64,000 bases of DNA from a bacterium. GTDB taxonomy: Bacteria > Patescibacteriota > Andersenbacteria > UBA10190. Below, one piece after another: positions 49,219-57,843 of the stretch. The stretch is taken from contig JAUYKA010000035.1 in the NCBI GenBank assembly GCA_030698495.1, forward strand, positions 8,778-72,777. Reading direction: 5' to 3'. The position numbers and the translations under genes were made by a program. Numbering within the stretch: the stretch's first letter is position 1; the number at the start of each line of letters is the position of its first letter. The notes beneath the pieces were generated by a model that saw nothing but the letters and a program-made list of their open reading frames with translations, searched no databases and was not told the origin of the DNA.

Positions 49219-49345
49219 CGAGTATCAACATTCTTGAAGAGTAAAAGGTAAAACCAAAAATGTAAAACAACAATGCAAAATTTAAAGTATCTTTTGCGTT
49301 TTGAGTTGTTGTTTTAAGTTTTTCGTTTGACCCTTTACGTTTTCG

Positions 49346-51352
49346 TTATTCCACTTTCCCCTCCCCCGGTACTGCCGACTCGGTTGACGGGAAAGAAGTA
49401 ACCTCCGTTTCCAAATCACTATTAGTAAACAAGTCTGTTCCCATCGCCGTCAGACGATTCAAAAATTCTATCACACTTCCGCGCTGATTTTCTCCCGGCA
49501 CCACCGCCACCTGCCAATACAGCTCCGCCGCCGGCTGCCTGCTTCCCGCCAACCCCGCCAGTTGCGGCAAACGCCAAATTAACTCCCCGGTCCGATCGTT
49601 ATACTCAACTTCACCCGTCGTCTTAACCACTTTGCCCGTGTAGCGCACCCCGTCCGGCAACACCGCCGACACCCTGACATCCCCGGCGTCGTTTAGGGTC
49701 GAGCCCAAACGCAGCCGTACCGTGTAAGTCGTCTCCTCTCCCACTTTCGGCGGTGTTGGTCCCGTGCTCGTAATACCCAACCGGCCGTCATCATAAAAAG
49801 CATCCGCCTGTATTGTCAAAGCGGTCGCCACTGACAACACCGCTCTGTCCGATATTTCTTTTGGCGTTTCTCCCGCCGTCACAGTCAGTGACGGGCTGTC
49901 AACTGAAGCCGTAATAATCAAAGCATTACTTGTCCTAGACTCTTCTCCAGCTGCTAAAACATCCACGCCTTGTATATCAAACTGATAAGAGATTTCTCCT
50001 GCCTGGTTTGGCTGCACCGCCGCTAACTCCGGCATTGATGCTGCCGTCCACGTAATTGTCTTTGTCGTCGGATCATACGCGCCGGAAGAAAGCTGTAATG
50101 AAGCCGGATCAAGCCCCTGCCCTTCAAATTTCGCCCGCACCACCACGTCAGTCAGCGCCACCGTGCCCGTATTGACGTATTTAATTACCCCCTTAACTTT
50201 GTCCTCCGGTTTCACCGTCAAAAGCTCATTAGTATTGTTATAATACTGATCAATCGACAGCGTGCTGGACGCTATAGACACTACTCCCGCCAGCGTCCGC
50301 TGAACAAACACTTGATCCCCCTGCTTAATTCCCGTCTCCACTCTGATTTCTCTTTTGTCTCCCGATCGACCTTCTACAAACACCACCGCCTCGCGCGTCG
50401 CCACATCCAGCGGCTCCAAATCTTCCAAGCGCCATAGGCTCTCCGGCACGGAAAAATCAGCAGAAAACTGCGGATCCTGCAAAGCCAACTGCGCGCCGGG
50501 CGGCACTTGCAGCTTCAAATATGCCCCGCTGATTTTATTAGTACTGGTATTGGTCACCGTAATTTTTATCGGCACTCGCTCGCCCTGCCGCGCTTCGTTC
50601 GGCACATCCGCCGCCAGATCCAGCGGCACCGTGCTAATATTGGTAGTCGCCAACGCTGCCTTGGCAAAACGCCCGCTTGGAAAATTCTCCGGCGTGATGG
50701 TTATTTCCGCTCGAGCCACCGCTGCTGTATTGATCTCTCCCAGTAAATATCCTGTTATCTCCAACTTTCTTTCTTCACCGCTTTTCAACTCCCCCACCGT
50801 CAACACCCGCTCTTGGCCGCTTTCATCTAACGGCAATGAACTGTCGCTTAAGGTAAACCCAACCGGCTGATCAAATATCAACACCACATTTTGCCAATGT
50901 TCCAAACTGTTATTGGCAAAATCGACTACGTATTTTATCTCATCGCCCGCCGCCAGCGCCGACGGCGCTTCAATCGCTATGCCAATCTGATCGGCCGTCA
51001 CATTATGCCGCGCCCTATACCACAATGTCCCCGCCAGCGCCACCGCAAATAACACTACCAGCAACAATACAGACACAACCGCAACTATCACCTGACGCCT
51101 CTTTTTCGCTCGCCCCTCGGCCATCGATTTAAAAGTCACCGGAGCCGATGGCGCATTTTCGTCTGTTGACAAAACCTTTGTTCTTCTAATCCCTAATTGC
51201 TTCAGCTGATCTTCGCGTTGACGCATTGTGGACGACTCCTGCCTGGCATACAGTTGTCGCTCTAAATCAGGCAACTGACTCCTACCATCGCCGGTATGAG
51301 CCCCTTCCGTTTCTTCCGGCGTCTGCCTTTTATTTTCTTCTTTGCCTTCCAT
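49346..51352 (-). CDS. Membrane-anchored Ig-like/DUF11 repeat protein
   Basis: One TM helix followed by repeated beta-sandwich segments, GPTPPKVGEETTY. Confidence 0.7.
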   Translation of the reverse strand: MEGKEENKRQTPEETEGAHTGDGRSQLPDLERQLYARQESSTMRQREDQLKQLGIRRTKVLSTDENAPSAPVTFKSMAEGRAKKRRQVIVAVVSVLLLVVLFAVALAGTLWYRARHNVTADQIGIAIEAPSALAAGDEIKYVVDFANNSLEHWQNVVLIFDQPVGFTLSDSSLPLDESGQERVLTVGELKSGEERKLEITGYLLGEINTAAVARAEITITPENFPSGRFAKAALATTNISTVPLDLAADVPNEARQGERVPIKITVTNTSTNKISGAYLKLQVPPGAQLALQDPQFSADFSVPESLWRLEDLEPLDVATREAVVFVEGRSGDKREIRVETGIKQGDQVFVQRTLAGVVSIASSTLSIDQYYNNTNELLTVKPEDKVKGVIKYVNTGTVALTDVVVRAKFEGQGLDPASLQLSSGAYDPTTKTITWTAASMPELAAVQPNQAGEISYQFDIQGVDVLAAGEESRTSNALIITASVDSPSLTVTAGETPKEISDRAVLSVATALTIQADAFYDDGRLGITSTGPTPPKVGEETTYTVRLRLGSTLNDAGDVRVSAVLPDGVRYTGKVVKTTGEVEYNDRTGELIWRLPQLAGLAGSRQPAAELYWQVAVVPGENQRGSVIEFLNRLTAMGTDLFTNSDLETEVTSFPSTESAVPGEGKVE

Positions 51353-51367
51353 ATATTTAACTATATC

Positions 51368-52105
51368 TTAAGTAGTTCGCACCATCGGCACCGTCTCGGC
51401 CACCACCATCGCATAATACCTCATCGCCGCCAGCACTTGTCTGCTTTCCTCCTTGGTCGCACTAAGCTGTAATGCCTTTTGCGGATACCTACCCAGCCAG
51501 CGCAGCGCGCGCAACAAACGCGGCGGCAGTGACAACTGCGTCCCCACAAAAGAATCGTGACACGACAAACATCGCCAACCTCCGGCTTGGGGATTCAATA
51601 TCACCGCTTCGTCCGGCTGGTTTCTGCCGCACGCTTGACACCGATTTAAATCCGGCTGCAAACCCGCACAACGTAGGGCATAACCGGCCACGGCTACCTC
51701 TAGAAAATCCCGCTTGGGCGCTGGCAACTCCGGAAACATCTGACAAGCATGATACAAAGCATCAAACAACTCCACCTGCACTTCTTCCTCTTCAAAAAGC
51801 CCCAAGACTAATCGTGCCAGCATCTCCGCGTGCTCCCACGCCTGCACATCACCGCGCAAAGCCAGATGATCATCCACCGTCTCCACCGCCGCCAGATATT
51901 TCCGGTCCGCCGTACCCGTTACAATCGCCAATACGTAAGTCAAAGGCTCCAAGTGCCCCCCACGCCGTGACGGTATCCGACGCACACCTTTAGCCAGCAC
52001 TCGCAGCAAACCTTGCTGCCGGGAAAACAGTGTCACCAGCCGATCCGCTTCATTAATGTCGCGACGCGCTAAAACCAGCGCGTGCAGCTTCTCCCGCTTA
52101 TTCAT
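51368..52105 (-). CDS. recO: DNA repair protein RecO
   Basis: EADRLVTLFS..AKGVR, CQACG..CLSC Zn finger. Confidence 0.92.
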   Translation of the reverse strand: MNKREKLHALVLARRDINEADRLVTLFSRQQGLLRVLAKGVRRIPSRRGGHLEPLTYVLAIVTGTADRKYLAAVETVDDHLALRGDVQAWEHAEMLARLVLGLFEEEEVQVELFDALYHACQMFPELPAPKRDFLEVAVAGYALRCAGLQPDLNRCQACGRNQPDEAVILNPQAGGWRCLSCHDSFVGTQLSLPPRLLRALRWLGRYPQKALQLSATKEESRQVLAAMRYYAMVVAETVPMVRTT

Positions 52106-52185
52106 TCATATATTATAGCACATACCCTCTCCACTCCCCGTCCTCTTTCCTCCTCCCGGAAGGGAATAAACTAACCTATGAGCAA

Positions 52186-52353
52186 AAATTTTCTAATCTT
52201 CTGCTCTTAGCGACCGTCTGAAGGACTGCCAGCCTGGTCCCCGCCTAAATTTTGCCGCGGCAAAATTTAGGCGGGGTGGCAGGCCTTCAGCCGAGTAACG
52301 CCCGCGCTGGGGCGGGCGTTATGTGTCGCTAAGAGCAGAAGATTAGAAAATTT
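52186..52353 (+). repeat. Structured junction repeat, copy C
   Basis: Near-perfect ~28-bp outer stem and the same core as copy A with compensatory changes. Confidence 0.7.
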
Positions 52354-52358
52354 CATCA

Positions 52359-55325
52359 CTAACTATCACCTTTCATCACTCCAATATGCATTTCTTCCCC
52401 ATCTACTTTAAAATCCCCCCCCGCATCCTCACTGCCGTTTTCCATAACTTCATCCGCCTGCAACACATCCAGTATTAATACTTTCTGGCTCTCCACTGTT
52501 TTACGCAGCTTCTCACTGGAAGTTGTTATTACCAACTTAATCCTATCATCCAGCGCGTACCCCGCTTCCCGGCGCAACACCTGCCCCCGCCTGATAATCT
52601 CCCGCGCTCGGCCTTCTTCCTTTAACTCCTCTGTCAAAACAATGTCTAAAGCCAACTTCACCTTGCCTTCCTCTCCGCTCACCGCGTACTCGTCGCTATC
52701 GGGTAGCTTCTCCGCATATTCCACATTCTTAACATTCACCTCTTCTTTTATAATATTCATAATTTCTTCCGCCGGCGGCACACCCATCACCATCATCTTA
52801 TTCAATGGTTGGCGCACTTTTATACCATGTCCGGCCCGTATGGCTAACCCGGCCGAAACCGCCTCGCGCGCCTGCTTCATTACCTCTAATAACTCCAGTT
52901 TATTTTTCTCAAAATCAACCGCAACCGGCAGACGCGATAAATGCACCGACTCCTCTTTTGTCAGATTACGATAAATATTTTCCGTCACAAAGGGCATAAA
53001 GGCCGCCAACAACCGGACACAACGCACCAACACTTCATGTAACGTGCCAAAAGCTTCGTCACGAATTTTATCACTGGCCGGCCGCTGAAACCGCCCCCGT
53101 GATCGCCTTATATACCAGTTACTCAAATCATCAACAAACCCCGTAAACGCCCGCGCCGCTAGATCTATTTGATAATCATCTGCCGCCGACACCACCTCGT
53201 TTTCCAGCTGAACCAGCCTGGCTCTAATCCATTTGTCCAATATATTGCTGCTCTCCGTCACCTGATCACCCGGCTGCCAGTCATGTGTGTTGGCGTAACG
53301 AACAAAAAAGCTGTAAGCGTTCCACAGTGTCAGATAAAAACCCCGCTGTACTTGCTGCATCTCTTTTTCTGAAAACCGATACGGCTCGCCCAGGCTGGTA
53401 CCGGCCAACAGGTAAAATCGCAAAACGTCCGCCCCGTATTTGGCTATTGTCGGCTCCGGCTCCGGATAATTTTTCAACTTCTTGGATAATTTTTGTCCAT
53501 CCTCCGCAAATATCAATCCCGACCCGATTACATTTTTGTAGGCCGGCTTATCCTTGCCTAAACCAATATCGTCTTTAGTTAATGCTGTCGCCAATACATG
53601 CATCACATAAAACCACGCGCGGGTTTGTTCAACACTCTCCGCAATAAAATCAGCCGGAAAACTTTTTTCTACAAACTCCTTATTGGCAAACGGATAGTGC
53701 CACTGGCTGTACGGCATCGCCGCCGAGTCGAACCAGACATCCAACACTTCCTCCACACGTTTCATTTTCCCCTCGCCTTTCGTACAACTCCACGTCACCT
53801 CGTCAACGTACGGCCGGTGCATATCATCTAATTGCTTCTGTCCGGACAACTCTGCTAATTCCGCTAAACTGCCGGCGCAAACTCTTTCCCCGCACTTATC
53901 ACACTCCCAAATTGGCACCGGTACACTCCAAAAACGATTACGCGACACCGCCCAATCCGGCGCCGATTCTATTCCTTTGGCAAACCGCCCATGCTTCACA
54001 TGTTTCGGCGTCCAATTTATCTGCTCATTTATTTCCAGCATCCGCTTTTTCAAATCCGTCACCTTTATAAACCAAGTATCCAACGCGTAATAAATTAGCG
54101 GCTCATCGCACCGCCAGCAATAAGGATAGCTGTGCGTAAATTGCTCCGCTTTCAGCAACAAACCACGCTCACGCAAATCATCCGTCACCTTGTCGTTAGC
54201 CGCGAATATCTTTTCGCCGGCCCACGGTTTTACTTCATCCGTAAAACGCCCGTCCGAATCCACGTTGCGAATTACCGGCAGCCCCAGTTTTTTTCCCAAT
54301 TCAGCGTCTTCCTCGCCGAAAGCCGTGGCGATATGCACCAATCCCGTACCGTCTTCGCCCGTCACGTGCCCGCCATACACTACTTTGTAGCCACCCTCAA
54401 CCGCCGAGAAATTATACAGCGGCTCATACGTTAAGCCGTCCAGTTCGCTCCCGCTCCATTGCTTTTTTACCGGCAAGTCCTCGCCAAAAATTGCTTTGAT
54501 TCTCTGCTTAGCCACAACAACTTCTTTGCCTTCGTAATCCACGCTCACGTATTCCAACTCGGGGTTTATCGCTACTGCCACGTTACCCGGTAACGTCCAG
54601 GGTGTTGTAGTCCAGATGGCCAGATATAGGCCATCTGACTCTGAGCGAGCGAAGCGAGTCGAAGAGCCATTCACCTTTAACAACACATAAACCGCCGTAT
54701 CCGTCCGGTCATGATAATTACTGGTCACTTCAAAATTAGACAGCGGCGTCGCACAGCGAATGCAGTACGGTGTCGAACGAAAATCCTTGTAAACCAACTC
54801 CTTCTCCCATAACCTCTTAAACGCCCACCATTCCGATTCCATGTAATCACGGTCAAGCGTAGCGTAAGCCTGATCATAATCGGCCCACCGCCCGATTCGC
54901 TTCAGCGTCGTCGTGAAGTCGTCAATGTATCGAAAAACAGTATCGCGGCATTTTTGATTAAATTTTTCTATACCGTATTTCTCAATATCTTTCTTCGACT
55001 TAAAACCCAGTTCTTTTTCTACTAACGTTTCCACCGGCAACCCGTGACAATCCCAGCCTACTCGGCGCGGCACGTGATACCCCTGCATCGTTTTATAGCG
55101 CAGCACCGTGTCTTTGATCGCCGACTGTAAGATATGACCGTAGTGCGGCTTGCCCGTCGCGTACGGCGGCCCATCATAAAAAGTATAAATTTTCCCCCTA
55201 GCAGTCTGCTCTAAAGAACGCGCATATATCTTTTTCTCATCCCAGTAATCTAAAATCTCCCGCTCCAGCTCGTCAGCCGCCATCCGCGGCGGCACATCAT
55301 CAAAATATGGTTTCTTTTGACCCAT
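52359..55325 (-). CDS. ileS: Isoleucine--tRNA ligase (type 2)
   Basis: DGPPYATG.PHYGH, GWDCHGLP, WTTTPWT, KLSKK; start reassigned to ATG 55325. Confidence 0.97.
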   Translation of the reverse strand: MGQKKPYFDDVPPRMAADELEREILDYWDEKKIYARSLEQTARGKIYTFYDGPPYATGKPHYGHILQSAIKDTVLRYKTMQGYHVPRRVGWDCHGLPVETLVEKELGFKSKKDIEKYGIEKFNQKCRDTVFRYIDDFTTTLKRIGRWADYDQAYATLDRDYMESEWWAFKRLWEKELVYKDFRSTPYCIRCATPLSNFEVTSNYHDRTDTAVYVLLKVNGSSTRFARSESDGLYLAIWTTTPWTLPGNVAVAINPELEYVSVDYEGKEVVVAKQRIKAIFGEDLPVKKQWSGSELDGLTYEPLYNFSAVEGGYKVVYGGHVTGEDGTGLVHIATAFGEEDAELGKKLGLPVIRNVDSDGRFTDEVKPWAGEKIFAANDKVTDDLRERGLLLKAEQFTHSYPYCWRCDEPLIYYALDTWFIKVTDLKKRMLEINEQINWTPKHVKHGRFAKGIESAPDWAVSRNRFWSVPVPIWECDKCGERVCAGSLAELAELSGQKQLDDMHRPYVDEVTWSCTKGEGKMKRVEEVLDVWFDSAAMPYSQWHYPFANKEFVEKSFPADFIAESVEQTRAWFYVMHVLATALTKDDIGLGKDKPAYKNVIGSGLIFAEDGQKLSKKLKNYPEPEPTIAKYGADVLRFYLLAGTSLGEPYRFSEKEMQQVQRGFYLTLWNAYSFFVRYANTHDWQPGDQVTESSNILDKWIRARLVQLENEVVSAADDYQIDLAARAFTGFVDDLSNWYIRRSRGRFQRPASDKIRDEAFGTLHEVLVRCVRLLAAFMPFVTENIYRNLTKEESVHLSRLPVAVDFEKNKLELLEVMKQAREAVSAGLAIRAGHGIKVRQPLNKMMVMGVPPAEEIMNIIKEEVNVKNVEYAEKLPDSDEYAVSGEEGKVKLALDIVLTEELKEEGRAREIIRRGQVLRREAGYALDDRIKLVITTSSEKLRKTVESQKVLILDVLQADEVMENGSEDAGGDFKVDGEEMHIGVMKGDS

Positions 55326-55376
55326 AACACTAAAGGTAAAATCCGGCTGAACAAAATGCAAAGCAACCGCTCCAAG

Positions 55377-56078
55377 CTACTTCTTCCGCTGGCTTTTAAC
55401 TTTGCTTTTATGCTCGGTTTTAATCTTCTTAGCCTTACCCTCCTCGTAAACTTCCCGATAAACCTGAATTAATTTTTTCACCCGGCGCGGCCAGTCAATT
55501 GTATTTGTATCCTCATCACCCGTCACCACTATTCTCTCCTTGGGATACCCGTGCCGCTCCACCAGTATCTTCTCATCGCTCGGCTTATTCACAATAATCC
55601 TCTTGGCCCGTTTGCATAGCTGGGCAAAAGCCACCCGCGCCCCCATCATAAATGTGCGCGTGAACAAATTGCTGTCTCCCACACCACGCGGCACGTAATG
55701 AAAAGTGGTCAAGATCTTGCCGGGATAAACAAATGGTATTAAACCTTCCGGCGAGTGAAACACATCCAATTTAGCCGAACGCAGAAAAGCGGAAATCAAC
55801 ATATGAGAATACAACACCGGCATATACTTCCGATACTGCACAAATGGAAAATGTCTTATCACCACATTCTCCTGCTTATATTTAGCCAGTTTCTTCGAAT
55901 CTTTCATCCGCTCATCAAAAAACAGCACCCAAGTATGTTCCTTCTTCTTATCCGCCTCCAGCAAATACGTAATTAATTGCTCCGTATACCAGGCAATTTT
56001 CGGATCATACCGCTTGTGTTTGGGCAAAATTATATGCGCGTCAATACCAATTCGCATAGGACTTTTATCATAGGCCAT
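55377..56078 (-). CDS. Glycosyltransferase family 4 N-terminal-like protein lacking the C-terminal domain
   Basis: MRIGIDA..YTEQLI..LDVFHSP..TFH; jumps directly to a W..VKKLIQVY tail. Confidence 0.65.
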   Translation of the reverse strand: MAYDKSPMRIGIDAHIILPKHKRYDPKIAWYTEQLITYLLEADKKKEHTWVLFFDERMKDSKKLAKYKQENVVIRHFPFVQYRKYMPVLYSHMLISAFLRSAKLDVFHSPEGLIPFVYPGKILTTFHYVPRGVGDSNLFTRTFMMGARVAFAQLCKRAKRIIVNKPSDEKILVERHGYPKERIVVTGDEDTNTIDWPRRVKKLIQVYREVYEEGKAKKIKTEHKSKVKSQRKK

Positions 56079-56126
56079 TCTCCCTAAAAAAGGAAGATTA
56101 TTAGGCCTATTTACATAGTACCACAG

Positions 56127-57827
56127 CTACATCACCTCCGGCTTGCTTATACCCAGCAAATCCAGCGTTTGTCCCATCACCTTTCGCGCCGCCAGCACCA
56201 ACTGCAGACGGCTCATCCGCACTTCTTCCTTATCCGCCGCAATCACTGGCACATTCCGGTAAAAAACATGTACCGCTCGCGCCAGCTCCAGCGCATAATA
56301 AGCCAACTGCTGTGCTTCCCCACTAGCCGCAATATCCGTTATCGCCTCCGGCAACCGATACATCTGCCGCATCAACTCCAACTCCGTCGTATGTGTCAGT
56401 TCCCCGTGACTGGTCAACTTTATTTTCTCGCCGGCCCCTTCAATCACACCTAACTCCTTGGCCCGACGCAATATAGACTGCAAACGCACATACGCGTACT
56501 GCGCATAATAAACCGGGTTGCGCTCGTTTCGTTCTTTCGCCAAATTAATATCAAAATCCATGTGCGTCGTCAGCGCGTGCTGGACCATAAAGAAACGCGC
56601 GGCATCATACCCCACCTCTTCTATCAAATCACCTGGTCCGTATAAGTTCCCTCGCCGCTTGGACAACTTCACCGGCTTGCCGTCCCGCAACACGCCAATC
56701 CACTGCGCCGCCACTACGTGCAACTTACTCACGTCGCAGCCCAGCGCCTCCAGCGCCGCGCGCAGCTTCGATCCATGACCCTGATGATCCGCGCCGACAT
56801 AAGTAAAAATACCGTCGAATTTTCGGTCAAACTTGTCCTGATGATAAGCCACATCCGGCGCAATGTAAGCATATTCACCGTCGCTCTTGACAAAAATCCT
56901 GTCCTCGCTGTCGCCAAATTTCGTTGTCCGCAAATATTCCGCACCGTCTTTTTCGTAAATCATCTTTTTATCGCGCAATTTCTCGTGAACCTTCTCAACC
57001 GCTCCGCTGGTTCTTAATTTTCTCTCTGACGTCCACACATCAAACTTTATCCTTAAATCCTCCGCTATCGTTTTTTTTATCTTATCCATCATTGTATCCG
57101 CCGCCTGCTGACCCAGTTCCTCTATCAACTTCTTATCTTTTAAATCGCCCCCGGTAAACTCTCTCCCCTCGTTTTCTTTCGCGTTCTCCGCCAGTATCGT
57201 TGCCACCTCACTAATATATTCGCCCTGATAAAGCTCCTCTGGATAATCAACTTTTTCCCCTTTCCCTTCCAAAATTCTCCGCAGCGCTGATTCGCCCAAT
57301 TTCATAATCTGGCCGCCCGCGTCGTTAATGTAATATTCCCGCGTCACGTTATAGCCGGCGCAGGTCAGCACGTTAGCCAAACTGTCCACGGAAAAAGCCG
57401 TGCGCGCGTTGCCCAGCGTCAGCGGCCCGGTGGGATTAGCCGAAATAAATTCAAAATTATATTGCTTACCCCGACCAATATTTACCCCGCCGCAAATATC
57501 TTCTTCTAAAACATCGTCCAACCGCGCCGTCATCCAGCCAGGGTTCAGGCGGATATTTAAAAACCCCGGCGCCACCGCTTCCAGCTTGCCTACATATTCC
57601 TTCTTCGGCATATGGCGCGCAATAATATCCAAAATATCCAGCGGCGGCTTATCCGCGCTTTTTGTCAACGTCAAGGCCACCGGCGAAGCGTAATCGCCAT
57701 GCTCCGCTTTTTCCGTCCGCTCTACCACCACTGCTTCATTTTTAGTTTTAGGCAACTCCCCGGCCGACCGCGCTGCGGCAATGCCAGCCGCGATATCTTC
57801 AACCAAAGACTGTTTTAAATTAATCAT
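56127..57827 (-). CDS. argS: Arginine--tRNA ligase
   Basis: EFISANPTGPL, EYYINDAG, GADH, LSKRRG, YYAQYAYVR. Confidence 0.97.
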   Translation of the reverse strand: MINLKQSLVEDIAAGIAAARSAGELPKTKNEAVVVERTEKAEHGDYASPVALTLTKSADKPPLDILDIIARHMPKKEYVGKLEAVAPGFLNIRLNPGWMTARLDDVLEEDICGGVNIGRGKQYNFEFISANPTGPLTLGNARTAFSVDSLANVLTCAGYNVTREYYINDAGGQIMKLGESALRRILEGKGEKVDYPEELYQGEYISEVATILAENAKENEGREFTGGDLKDKKLIEELGQQAADTMMDKIKKTIAEDLRIKFDVWTSERKLRTSGAVEKVHEKLRDKKMIYEKDGAEYLRTTKFGDSEDRIFVKSDGEYAYIAPDVAYHQDKFDRKFDGIFTYVGADHQGHGSKLRAALEALGCDVSKLHVVAAQWIGVLRDGKPVKLSKRRGNLYGPGDLIEEVGYDAARFFMVQHALTTHMDFDINLAKERNERNPVYYAQYAYVRLQSILRRAKELGVIEGAGEKIKLTSHGELTHTTELELMRQMYRLPEAITDIAASGEAQQLAYYALELARAVHVFYRNVPVIAADKEEVRMSRLQLVLAARKVMGQTLDLLGISKPEVM

Positions 57828-57843
57828 AACCTTATATTATACC

